From the NCBI GenBank assembly GCA_951406725.2, contig OX597835.1, forward strand, positions 28,706,001-28,770,000: DNA of 64,000 nucleotides, in the 5' to 3' direction. The translations under genes were made by a program, and so were the position numbers. The notes below the pieces were generated by a model. The model was not told where the DNA came from. It saw only the letters and a program-made list of their open reading frames with translations, and did not search any database. Shown piece by piece: positions 25,958 to 38,241 of the stretch (within the stretch, counting starts at the first letter, position 1; every line of letters starts with the position of its first letter). The DNA is from Octopus vulgaris. Lineage: Eukaryota.

Positions 25958-26145
25958 CAAGGACAGACAAACGGATTAAGTCGATTCCATCGACCTCAGT
26001 GCGTAACTGGTACTTTACTTATCGGTGCCGTATGGTTGAAAGGGAAAGTCGACCTCGGCGGAATTTGAACTCAGAACGTGACGGCAGACGAAATACGGCT
26101 GCGCATTTCACCCGGCGTGCTAACGTTTCTGCCAGCTCGCCACCT
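25958..26145 (-). mobile_element. SINE family B
   Basis: Similarity to the other copies. Confidence 0.85.
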
Positions 26146-27129
26146 TAGTCAGTGTGTTAATATCTGAAACAATAAAACGAAGACTATAAATAGATGCAAC
26201 TATAAAGTTTCTGGTGTTGATTCTCCATTTGTGGATAATTCATGAGTCATTCACTTGCTGTAAAACAAGGATGTGTAAACTTATATCCTAAGTATTAATT
26301 AATTTAGATTCATTAATTAATATACATAGTTCCTAACGTGGTGTGCTAGTAGACTCGTTAGCTGTCATATGATCCTCTTTGCGGTATGTCTTCCTGCTCT
26401 GTACATTTTAAGTTCAAATCTTACTGAAGCCAACTTCACCTCTCATTATGCCATAATCTATAAAAGAAGGAATCAGGCAAGCCAAATAGTGGGTATTGGT
26501 ATCGAAGAAAACCGTCATTATCCCTAACATCATTCATCATCATCATCAACCCCTGGACATTACTGTGTGAAACCACGGGGCTCCTACGGCCGCTTACCCG
26601 GTTTCATGGCGTCTAAGTGACCGGGATCCCCGAACACCCCAACCCGAACGTGATGTTAGCCGGTCGCAGATTTACGCATTTACAACTGAGTGGAACAAAG
26701 TGAAACGAAGTGTTTTGTTCGGGAGCACAAAGCTTCTCAGCCACATGGTTCCAGGTTCAGTCCCACTGCGTGGCAACTTCGGCAAATGTCTTCTGCTATT
26801 AGCCCCGGGCCGACCAAAGCCTTGCGAGTGCATTTGCTAAAACAGAAACACTTAAAAACCAGTTGCTTCATATATATATATATTTCTCTTCTATTCTTTT
26901 TCTTGTTTCAGTCATTTGACTGCGGCCATGCTGGAACACCGCCTTTCAGTCGAACAAATTGATCCCAGGACGTATTCTTTGTAAGCCTAGTACTTATTCT
27001 ATTGGTTTCTTTTGCCGAGCCGCTAAGTTACGGGGACATAAACACACCAACATAGGTTGTCAAGCGAGACGAACACAGAAAAACAAATACATAAATATAT
27101 ACATACATATAAACATATATTATCATCGT

Positions 27130-27517
27130 GGCACTCTGTCGGTTACGACGACGGGGGTTCCAGTTGATCCGATCAACGGAAAAGCCTGCTGGCGAAATTA
27201 ACGTGAAAGTGGCTGAGCACTCCACAGACACGTGTACCTTTAAAGTAGTTCTCGGGGAGATTCAGCGAGACACACTGAGTGACAAGACTTACCCATTGAA
27301 ATACAGGTACAACAGAAACAGAAAGAAAGAGTGAGTCAAAATTGTGGTAAAATTGTGGTAAAAGAGTACAGCAGGGTTCGCCACCGCACCCGGCCGGAGC
27401 CTCGTGGAGTTTTCAGTGTTTTCGCTCAATATACCCTCACAACGCTCGGCTGGGAATCGAAACCGCGATCTTACGACCGCGAGTCCATTGCCCTAACCAA
27501 TGGGCCATTGCGCCTCC
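27130..27517 (-). mobile_element. SINE, head C + tail X, full length
   Basis: tRNA-like head; a partial head in the opposite orientation follows at 27532-27624. Confidence 0.88.
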
Positions 27518-27628
27518 ACACACATATATATGGAGGAGCAATCGCCCAGTGGTTAGGGATCACGGTTTCGATTCCCAGACCGAGCATTGTGAGTGTTTAT
27601 TGAGCAAAAACACCTAAAGCTCCATATG

Positions 27629-27696
<68 letters not shown>

Positions 27697-27822
27697 CATA
27701 TATACATGGACAGACACCCCACTCGTATCACTATCGAACCAAAAATTTAACTACGGCCTGTCCACTTAGCGTTACCTGCCACTTTTTGGGTTTTCTAGAT
27801 ACTAATACCTCTCATACCCTTG

Positions 27823-27889
<67 letters not shown>

Positions 27890-28049
27890 CATATACATAA
27901 ACTGTATTTTAACGTGTATGAGGAACCCTCTTTTATAAGGAGCCCCCTAATTTGAGGGATTAAAATTTGGAAGGAAAGGTTTTGTAAGGGATCATAATAC
28001 TATCCATGTATACGAAGCTCCCATATTTTTTCAAACTGATTATATAATG

Positions 28050-28110
<61 letters not shown>

Positions 28111-28145
28111 ACCAAAAAATAAGCAACAAGAATGGATCCGGTAAT

Positions 28146-28218
28146 TTAGTACAATTGTTTCATACTATAACAATTTATTAAAGCTGCAAATATAATATGT
28201 CAAGTAATCTTCAGCTAA
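28146..28218 (-). ncRNA. Canonical type I hammerhead motif
   Basis: Reverse complement: TTAG-CTGAAGA-tTACT..loop..AGTAt-GAA-ACAATTGT-A-CTAA. Confidence 0.78.
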
Positions 28219-28828
28219 TTTCATATAGGTTTTCCAATAATGTAAAGTTCTCAAATCAATTAGTAACCTCTTAGAGAGTCTAGATATACCGATAAAGTTG
28301 TGGACATAATATATATATATATATACATACGATGGGTTTCTTTCAGTTTCCGTGTACCAAATCCACTCAAGGCTTTGATCGGTCGAGGTTATAGTAGAAG
28401 CCTCTTGCCCAAGGTGCTACGAAATGGGACTGAACCCAGAAACATGGCGTTGGTAAGCAAGCTACTTACCTACTTACCACACAGCCACTCCCACAGTTAG
28501 TTTTGTTTTATTACTGTATTCTTGTCTTTTTTTCTTTTTAATTTGTGGTGCATTGGAAAAATAACATTAAAATACAAATCTACTTAGCATATAATACAGA
28601 CTATATTTCAAGTGCGATAGTTAGAAAAAAAATTATGATGCTATGGTCTTCCTTACACACAAATGTCACACCATAATGCACCCAATTTTTACTTCCTACA
28701 TTTTAATTTTTTGTGCTTTCGCTTTCCGTTTTCCGTTTTCTTTAACCTTCCGCGTTTTCTATATGCCACCTTCAAAGTTTTTTCGCGTTCCTTCCTTATT
28801 AAATTTTTTAGTTCGTTATATGTAGTTT

Positions 28829-28878
28829 GTGCCTGATGAATATGTTTGAGATATTTCTCAACATATGAAACTATTAGT
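28829..28878 (+). ncRNA. Hammerhead motif split by a MITE insertion (resumes at 29325-29329)
   Basis: GTGC-CTGATGA-ATATGTTtGAGA..TCTCAACATAT-GAA-ACTAtTAGT|MITE|G-GCAC. Confidence 0.75.
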
Positions 28879-29316
28879 GGATCTTTTCGGTTTGAACGGC
28901 AGTTTTTAACATAATTTCTAGGTAACTAAAAAATTTTAAACTTCGTATACTGGTAGAATGTGTTTATAAAACATCCTTTTCTCCTGGCTTTATTGAGAAA
29001 ATTCTATGGTTTGTAAGATATTTGTTATCTTTTTTCTTCAATTTCTGCAATTTCAACCAATCAGTGACGTCTATTGAGTTAAAAAGCATACTGTGCCGTA
29101 TGAATATGTCCCTCGTTTAAGAAGCAGATTGGGTTTATTTACATTTGTGAAGAAAAAAAGATACCCTTCCCCCACCCCTAACCCTAACCCTAACCCTAAC
29201 TAACCCTAACCCTAATAGAGATTGAAATGCAATAGATCGATTCTAGGGTCATAATTATAGGTGACAATTTCATATGACACCGCTAGAAAATACTGCCGTT
29301 CAAACCGAAAAGATCC
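28879..29316. mobile_element. MITE with GGATC-terminal TIRs, 8-bp TSD and internal (CCCTAA)n; Merlin-like
   Basis: TIR ggatcttttcggtttgaacggcagt / actgccgttcaaaccgaaaagatcc; TSD ctattagt/atattagt. Confidence 0.88.
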
Positions 29317-29383
29317 ATATTAGTGGCACTTAAAGACATGTGTTGTGTCCTTTAAATAAATAAATAAATAAATAATATATATA

Positions 29384-29790
29384 GGCGCAGGAGTGGCTGT
29401 GTGGTAAGTAGCTTGCTAACCAACCACATGGTTGCGGGTTCAGTCCCACTGCGTGGCATCTTGGGCAAGTGTCTTCTGCTATAGCCCCGGGCCGACCAAT
29501 GCCTTGTGAGTGGATTTGGTAGACGGAAACTGAAAGAAGCCTGTCGTATATATGTATATATATATATGTGTGTGTGTTTGTGTGTCTGTGTTTGTCCCCC
29601 TAGCATTGCTTGACAACCGATGCTGGTGTGTCTACGTCCCCGCCACTTAGCGGTTCGGCAAAAGAGACCGATAGAATAAGTACTGGGCTTACAAAGAATA
29701 AGTTCCGGGGTCGATTTGATCGACTAAAGGCGGTGCTCCAGCATGGCCGCAGTCAAATGACTGAAACAAGTAAAAGAGTAAAAGAGAGAG
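29384..29790 (+). mobile_element. SINE family A, full-length reference copy
   Basis: tggctgtgtgg A-box, ggttcagtcc B-box, internal (TA)/(TG) tract, 3' module ending in (gtaaaaga)2. Confidence 0.92.
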
Positions 29791-29825
<35 letters not shown>

Positions 29826-30078
29826 AATATAACATAAACGGCAAACGACAAAAACAAGTCAAGTGCCTTGCTTCTTGTTTTGTTTGATGTTACGTTATCG
29901 TCTATTTTTCCTCATGTTGCGTTTTATTGATTTCCGCTTGTGTTCTTTATGTCCTACCTTTGATTTGTACATATATACATATATATGTAGGTATGTACAT
30001 ATATGTATGTATATATGCATATATGTATATATTATTTATATATATATATATAGATATATAGATATTATTTATATTATA

Positions 30079-30123
<45 letters not shown>

Positions 30124-30355
30124 GAGTTGAGTTAAGCAGACACTATATGAGAGAGATTTTCTTTAAGTATTAGAAATAGCTTTAAAAAGTTTTTTAGCTG
30201 CTATTTCTAATGAGTTCAGTATGCGGCAAAGTAATTTATTTTACTAAGCCCTTTTATATAATGTAATAATTTGAATTCGCCTTAAATGGTCCCTTTGCAT
30301 ACTGAACACTTGGTGAAATTGATTAATAATTAATTAATTTTACCCTCAATTGTTG

Positions 30356-30408
<53 letters not shown>

Positions 30409-30675
30409 CATATGTATATGTACATATATATATAAATACAAAATGGAACAAGAACGCAAAACATCCAGATAGACGATACAAAGAAAACAAGGACGGGTCA
30501 TTCGAAGCCTTCTATCCTCAGTCAAGCACCAGATTATCATCGCAATTTCGGCTGATTATTCTTGAGATTGCTCCAATCTGGCCAGCCCGAAGGAAAAACT
30601 AAGCTTAGAGCATTAGATTCTTTGGAAGAAAGCAGCGAGTGTATACAAAAACAAGGACGGAAAAGACGGACAAAG

Positions 30676-30742
<67 letters not shown>

Positions 30743-30769
30743 ACTTTTCTTTTTAACGATTTCTGTTTT

Positions 30770-31140
30770 TGAATAATTGAACCGCAGCCATGCTGGAGGA
30801 TTTTAGTCGAACAAACCGACCCCAGAACTCATTTTAAGACTTATTAAAAAAGAAAACCTTATTTTTAAGACCGACATATAAACGCTTATTATATCTGTCT
30901 ATTTTGCCGATCATCTATGTTATGGGAACATAAACACACCAACACTGGTTGTCAAGCGGCAATGGGTGTGTGTGCAAATACACACACAGAAAGATACATA
31001 CATATATATCTATATACATGACAGGCTTCTTTCAGTTTCCGTTAACCAAATCTACTCAAGGCTTTGGTAAGCCCGAACCTATAACAGAAGACACTTGCGC
31101 AAGATGCCATGCAGTGGGAATGAACCCGATACGATTTGGT
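30770..31140 (-). mobile_element. SINE family A (diverged)
   Basis: Similarity to the other copies. Confidence 0.75.
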
Positions 31141-31379
31141 TACATACAAAAATAACTATTCACACACAAAACTCATTCATTTTGAAAATCAATGTAAACT
31201 GTGAAACCGGTTAAATGACTGAAGCAATCAAAAGATAACAGATATATAAATATTCTCAGTGATTTTGTGTTTATTCTTATTCTCTGACGAGCAAAACGCA
31301 CCCCGTCCAATGGACTGTGCTGAATCATATCTGCTAAATAGAAATTAACCAGTGTTTTCTTTTCATTAGAAAATAATTA

Positions 31380-31847
31380 AGCATGCCTTTATTTCAATAA
31401 AATTTTTCATTTTGTTAAACGAAGTTAAGGCAAAAAAAAAATAATAAACCACTTCTTGAGAAACCAAATAGCCTTTCCTTCCTTCATGCCAAGTTTGAAG
31501 AAAATATCCCTGTTGCATCTTACATTTTTGGTCTCTTAAATATACTGCATTTTGTGGCATTATTTCAAACCAGCCAACTTGTTTGGCGCAAACTGCACGT
31601 GCATTTTTCTCGCGTGCATGTAGTATCGATCGCAACAGCAGATGTACTTGCGCGTACAAATGCACGTTCCCACAGCTTTATCGATCGTGTTCTCACCTGG
31701 AATCAATTTTTGCAATTTTTTCAAGACTTATACACGCCCTGATACCGTTGGTATCTACATATCAAATTTGAGCGCAATTGGATGGAGGATACCCGAGATC
31801 CTAGAAGACACACACACAGACAGACAGAACGGATTTTATATAATAGA
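31380..31847 (-). mobile_element. Non-autonomous Helitron-like element, 5' part
   Basis: Reverse complement starts a|TCtattatataaaatccgtt(ctgt)n(gt)n, like the 34930 element; no 3' CTAG found. Confidence 0.5.
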
Positions 31848-32276
31848 TTAACTTCAAGTGATATAAATAGAAGAGTATTTAACTAGCTTCCTGTTACTAT
31901 CTAATCACATTCCTTTTATTACCTTTCGAATATTCTTCCTTATACTGTGAATCTAATAACCTTCTTGCTAGTCTATCTAATAATATTCCTGCTAACGTCT
32001 ATCTAAGTCATCTTCCTGTTGCTGAAATCTGTTATAATCTTCCCTGTTACTGACTATCTAAACCAACGCAAAATTATGACCCGTCTAATAAAGCGTGATG
32101 CATGAAAACAATTAATTACTTCAGTAAACCGTCGCCTGCTTTAAAGAATATTTTTTGTTAAACTAGACCGTGGGGGGAAAAATCCAGGAACTTAATTAAA
32201 AATTCGAAAAAAATGTTCTGTTTTGGAAAGTGAATTTGATTTCTTTATTGTTGCTATCATCATCATCATCCCAACC

Positions 32277-32310
<34 letters not shown>

Positions 32311-32343
32311 TCCTCATCATCATCATTATTATTACCATCATTA

Positions 32344-32552
32344 AGGTGGCGAGCTGGCAGAAGCGTTAGCATGCTGGACGAAATGCTTAGCGGTGTTTCG
32401 CCCATCACTGCGTTCTGAGTTCCAATTCCGCCGAGGACGATTTTTGTCTTACATCTTTTCGGGGTCGATAAATTAAGTACCAGTTACGCACTGCAGTCGA
32501 TGTAATTGACTAGTCTCCTCCCAAATTTCAGGCCTTGTGCTTATAGTAGAAT
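32344..32552 (+). mobile_element. SINE family B
   Basis: Similarity to the other copies. Confidence 0.85.
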
Positions 32553-32554
32553 GG

Positions 32555-32622
<68 letters not shown>

Positions 32623-33054
32623 CATCATTATTGAGTGAGAGAGCAGTGCATGCCATCAAAGTGACACTGGGGTAAAAATAAACGAAGTCCAGTATACCCA
32701 TCATGATTACCGTCTGATAAGGGTACACCAGGCACATGCATCACAACCATATATGCGCAACATAGTGATCTCATATCAAGATAAACAGCGCATGACCTTG
32801 CAGTTGGGGTCCAGTTAGAATTTTCTTCTGGTCGAGTAGCCCATCCAGCTCAAAAGATCCCTGAATAAGGATTGTTTAAGGATGTTGAATGAACCACCCA
32901 TATTTCCAAAGATGAATTATCCAAACCTCCAAGAATTCCTCTCAATACACGGTTATGATGCTCCCCCACTACTTCTGTTCGTGATCAGAGATGCACATAT
33001 CATCAGCCACTAAATTGTGCTGCTTAAGTCAAATATGTTAGGTAAAATAATTAA

Positions 33055-33760
33055 CTTTTATTCTTTTATTCTTTTACTTCTTTCAGTCATTTGACTGTGG
33101 CCATGCTGGAGCACCGCCTTTTAGTCGAGAAAATCAACCCCGGGACTTATTCTATGTAAGCCTAGTACTTATTCTATCGGTTTGTTTTGCCGAACCGCTA
33201 AGTTAAACACACCAGCATCGGTTGTCAAGCGATGTTGGGGGGACAGACACAGACACAAACATATACACCTACATACATATATATATACATATATGCGACG
33301 GGCTTCTTTCAGTTTCCATCTACCAAATCCACTCTCAAGGCTTTGGTCGGCCCGACGCTAAAGTAGAAGACACTTGCCCAAGGTGCCACGCAGTGGGACT
33401 GAACCCGGAACCCGGAAGCTTGATAAGCAAGCTACTTTATATCTTACACTGGCATAAAGGCAGGACACAGATAATGTAGCTTTACGGGCTGGACACAAAC
33501 ATTAACGAGATGAATGATAATGATACAATAATGAAAAAGATGGGAGAAGCCAGAAAGCGCCCGCCGACCCTCTGGTTCTCTTTAACATTGTAAAACGCAT
33601 AAACTGAGGTCTTAATCCTCTTACGATTTTAGAATACAATATTTAGACTTAAAAGTTCATACAGATACAATATACATTTTATATTCAAATTTGAGGCAAC
33701 TAACCTCTGCAACCTTGCGATCTGTAGGCTTTCCTGCAACCGCACAGCCACTCCTACGCC
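33055..33760 (-). mobile_element. SINE family A split by a ~300-bp insert (33436-33738)
   Basis: Body 33055-33435; the missing head end cacagccactcctacgcc appears at 33742-33760. Confidence 0.75.
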
Positions 33761-33767
33761 TATATGA

Positions 33768-33880
33768 ATGCTTACAGCATCTAGGGTTCCCAAGCGGTCA
33801 CCCATCTAAGTACTGACTTGGCTTGACGTTGCTTAATTTCGGTGATCGGGAGAGAACCGGTGCTTTCAACGTGATATGGC
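33768..33880 (-). pseudogene. 5S rRNA pseudogene, 5'-truncated by a few nt
   Basis: Reverse complement gccatatcacgttgaaagcaccggttctc..ccgatcaccgaaattaagcaacgtc...agtacttagatgggtgaccgcttgggaa...gctgtaagc follows the metazoan 5S sequence with several substitutions. Confidence 0.88.
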
Positions 33881-33959
33881 ACCTAGGTTTCAGAAGCAGT
33901 CACTCATCTAAGTATATCTAATAATAATAAAAATAATATCAATAATAATAATAATCATC

Positions 33960-34067
<108 letters not shown>

Positions 34068-34073
34068 CTGATA

Positions 34074-34929
34074 TCTTATTATAAAAGGCAGATTTTATCT
34101 GCCTCCCTTTGTCACTTATAGAAATCTACAATATAGGATTTCTTCAATTACAATTTACCTAGCATTTTTAAGAGTAGAATGCATCGGGTCATGCCAGGTC
34201 CAGTTTTTAAAATTTAAACTCCAATTAAGCAAAATTTACAGAAAACTCACATTCTGGTGTGTATGTCAAATGCTTATCTTAGTCTGGTTTACAGCACACG
34301 CAAACGCACACACACAGTGTGCAACGAATAAACTGAAACTAATTCACTGTGTGTGTGTTGACAGGTAGACAATAGAATGCGATGGCGATGGCGATGCAAT
34401 ATTTGTTTCTGTCTATCACGCTGATAGACACATGAGTAAAATGTATGGCAAGCTAAGAGATAAGAGTGAGTGAAAATGTTCTTGGAAGAGAGTAAATAGC
34501 GACAGAGTGATTTGAGGAAGACTAAACTGAAAGTATGAAACAGTGTTTATGTATAAACAGACGACACTTATATATAGTTATTAATAAATGTATGCATCCG
34601 TTTAACCCTTTCGTTACCAAACCGCCCGAATTTACCTATTCATATTTAAATGAGAATATCAGAGTAAATCTCTTTAGTACATTCGTGAAAACACGTATTA
34701 TACTTCGTAAACACTTCAAATACAGTTTTGTACAAAAATCGAAGTGTAATTTTAATTCCGTGAATTATGGGAGATTTTTTTCGAAATTTGTTCCTATTGT
34801 GTTTTCAAAATTTGTAATTCTGACAAAAAATGGATACGAATTTCCTTATATCAAGCAGCGAGTCAGAATTCGAAGGATTTTCTACTGAAGACCTTCATAA
34901 ATCTAACTCTATGACTGAAAAAAAAAGCA
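34074..34929 (+). mobile_element. Helitron 5' segment (family H1)
   Basis: a|TCttattataaaaggcagattttatctgcctccc; same start as 35325. Confidence 0.75.
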
Positions 34930-35324
34930 TCTTTATATAAGAGTGAAGTTGTGTGTCTGTCTCCTACGATTTAGATTCGTAACTACTCCCACATTTTGCG
35001 GTGCAGTTTAACCAAAAGCGGGTATCTTATAGTCGTGATTCATATCGAGCCCTTCTGGGTATTAGCGCGCGTCTACGATGAGTCTACGATTAAAAAAAAA
35101 TTTACCATCATATTTTTCCATTTTAATGCATTTTTTTCGCTTTTATATAAGGAAAGTAACTCTCTAAAAATATCTACGATGTGTCAACGATTTAAAAAAA
35201 AAATTACCTTAATTTTTTTTCAATTTTTAATGCATGTTTTAGCTATTTTTTGGTTATAACTCTCTAAAAATGCTTATATAGTTATTTCCCTTACAACCCG
35301 AGCAACGCCGGGCGATACTGCTAG
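34930..35324 (+). mobile_element. Non-autonomous Helitron (family H2), both termini present
   Basis: a|TCtttatataagag...; 3' hairpin cccgagcaacgccggg, then CTAG|T. Confidence 0.85.
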
Positions 35325-35918
35325 TCTTATGATAAAAGGCAGATTTTATCTGCCTCCCAAACCGTTTGTTTTTTATACAATTCTACAATATAGAATTTCT
35401 TCAATTGGAATTTACCTATCATCTTTACAAGTAGATTCCATCGGGTCGTGGCATGTAAAGTTTTTTCAATTTCACCCCCAATTAAGCAAAAATTCGAGAA
35501 AAGTAAATATTTTACCATTTCCCTCTTTCATTTCAAGTGCTTCACTCCTACCATTACCACTACACTTTCTTCTCCTTTCTCTTTGCAAGTGTGCAACAAT
35601 TAAAGTGAAAGTATTTATATAAAAGGGATGAGCAATTAATACTGGTTATCCTTTTTGCTAGAAGAAGATCCGCTGTGGTCTTATATGCTACACCACTGGT
35701 TTTCAATTCATATTAATCAAATTAGCATTCAATTTTTCACCCTTATTATGTGTGTGTGTGTATTAGCAATTCGTATAAAATTGCATCAATGACTTGAACT
35801 TGAATAAGTGGTTTCACATAAATGGGGATACATTAAAAAGGTTTGTTGTTATTATTATTACTGTTTGACTATTGTAATCACGTTTGTTGGTTCCTCGTCA
35901 GGGAAACGTTGTTGTGTC

Positions 35919-36593
35919 GCATTTGTTAAATAATTGTAAATCGTAACCCTCCCCCTTTCGGAGAAGGGGCTTTGGTTATTGTTTTAAAATTGAATTGTGT
36001 CCCTGTTTGGGGAAATTGACAATATTTTCACCGTCTTTACGGAAGCATTTTTGTTAAAATGCCTTCGATAGAAGAAAGTCCAAAAATGAATTTCGCTGCA
36101 GCCGTACACTTCTATACAAGATCCAATTGATCGAAATTGCAAGAGACGAGCCTACAATTCCAGTCTGTTATATATTTTGAGTATTGTTATCACTAGCGAT
36201 ATCAAGATATAACTTTCTATTTTGTATTTTATGTGTAGATGTATATATATATATATAGATGTACATGTAATATGTTGCATTTGTTAAATAATTGTAAACC
36301 GTAACCCTCCCCCTTTCGGAGAAGGGGCTTTGGTTATTGTTTTAAGATTGAATTGTGTCCCTGTTTGGGGATTGACAATATTTTCACCGTCTTTGCGGAA
36401 GCATTTTTGTTAAAATGCCTTCGATAGAAGAAAGTCCAAAAATGAATTTCGCTGCAGCCGTACACTTCTATACAAGATCCAATTGATCGAAATTGCAAGA
36501 GACGGGCCTACAATTCCAGTCTGTTATATATTTTGAGTATTGTTATCACTAGCAATATCAAGATATAGCTTTCTATTTTGTATTTTATGTGTA

Positions 36594-36631
<38 letters not shown>

Positions 36632-36646
36632 TGTACATGTAATATG
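35919..36646 (+). repeat. Tandem duplication, 358-bp period
   Basis: gcatttgttaaataattgtaaa at 35919 and 36277. Confidence 0.9.
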
Positions 36647-36735
36647 TGCACATATATATATATATACACATATATACATGCATAATATATCTACCCATAC
36701 ACACACACGTACACGTACACACACACATACATAGG

Positions 36736-37258
36736 GGCAGGTGTGGCTGTGTGGTAACAAACTACGTTCGAAGATACTGTACTTGATATGGGCGGTAGTA
36801 CCTTGCCGGTCTATGGCCTACCTTCAACAAACCGGGAAGGCACAAACACTCTGTCTTCACATTTGCTGCGTGAGACATGTTTTAATGTTGACGAGCTTGC
36901 CGAGTACATAGCCGACAATGAGCCAAAGCTCCCTCCAGAACAGAAGTTCGCTTACAACTCCGTTGTTAATTCAGTCCGGGCCAAAGCTGGGGGATATGGC
37001 AGGTGTGGCTGTGTGGTAACAAACTACGTTCGAAGATACTGTACTTGATATGGGCGGTAGTGCCTTGCCGGTCTATGGCCTACCCTCAACAAACCGGGAA
37101 GGCACAAACACTCTTTCTTCACATTTGCTGCGTGAGACATGTTTTAATGTTGACGAGCTTGCCGAGTACATAGCCAACAATGAGCCACAACTCCTTCCAG
37201 AACAGAAGTTCGCTTACAACTCCGTTGTTAATTCAGTCCGGGCCAAAGCTGGGGGGAT
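36736..37258 (+). repeat. Tandem duplication, 262-bp period
   Basis: ggcaggtgtggctgtgtggtaacaaac at 36736 and 36998. Confidence 0.9.
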
Positions 37259-38060
37259 TTTTTTCCTGGACACTCCCGGGGGCACTGGGAAAACTTTTTG
37301 TCAACAAATTAATATTGGCTGAGATTAGGCGAACACAAGGCATTGCCCTAGCTGTGAAATCATCTGGAATTGCGGCTACTTTGTTGCCAGGCGGCAGGAC
37401 AGCTCACTCCACTTTCAAGCTTCCGCTTGACTTAGCGAAGACTGAGACACCAACTTGCAACATCAGTAACAGCTCCGATCCGGCAGAAGTCTTCAGACGA
37501 TGCAAGCTTATCGTTTAGGATGAATGCACGATGGCTCACAGAGGTGCTCTTGAGGCATTAGATAGATCTCTCAGAGACATCAAACACTCTTCAGCTCCCA
37601 TGGGAGGCATAACACTTCTTCTTTCAGGGGACTTCTGACAAACACTTCCCGTTATTCCCAAAGGGACTAGAGCTGATGCAGTAAGTGCGTGTCTTAAGTC
37701 ATCCACATTGTGGATACTGGTGAAGACTCTCAAACTTCACACCAATATGCGTGCTCATATGCGACGTAATATCACATCAGCAGCATTTTCTCACACTCTC
37801 CTTGCACTTGGCGAAGGCAAAATACCAGGGGATGAAAATGGTAATATTGCCATCGATTCCATTTGTACAATTGTTAAAACGCCTTCTGATCTCAGAGATG
37901 CAGTGTTCCCTATCTACAAGCTAATTATCAGAATATGGATTGGATTGGCCAAAGGGCTATTCTGGCCCCGAGGAATAAAGTTGGTGCCCCTATAATGCTC
38001 ATTAGAAATTTGGTTCCCACAAAACAATGCAATGGCACACGTATAATTCAGTGCAATCAT
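37030..38060 (+). pseudogene. Helitron RepHel PIF1-like helicase pseudogene
   Basis: FFLDTPGGTGKTF (Walker A), SSGIAATLLPGGRTAHSTFKLP, IV*DECTMAH, LSGDF*QTLPVIP, LHTNMR; frameshifts, stops and deletions. Confidence 0.92.
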
Positions 38061-38113
38061 TAACAGTACTTTCAAGCAATTCAGCCCCGAGCATCGCCGG
38101 GCAATTCTGCTAG

Positions 38114-38156
<43 letters not shown>

Positions 38157-38198
38157 ACTGTCAAAAATTGTGAAGCATGACTGTCGCCACTACTACAT

Positions 38199-38241
38199 GA
38201 ACCTGAAGATTGCATAATTTAATGCATGAAAGTACTAGTTC
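38199..38241 (+). ncRNA. Canonical minimal type I hammerhead motif
   Basis: GAAC-CTGAAGA-tTGCAT aattta ATGCAt-GAA-AGTACT-A-GTTC. Confidence 0.8.

Larger units (their letters stand above)
35325..38113 (+). mobile_element. Internally deleted Helitron (family H1) with helicase remnant
   Basis: 5' TC at 35325; 3' hairpin cccgagcatcgccggg plus CTAG|T at 38110-38114. Confidence 0.9.

Noticed and set aside
29170-29215. (CCCTAA)n as a chromosome end or fusion site
   Set aside because: Short tract internal to a MITE, present at the same position in the second copy.
30490-30600. Minus-strand CTGAGGA and GAAA-containing hairpins
   Set aside because: The boxes could not be assembled into one consistent hammerhead topology by eye.
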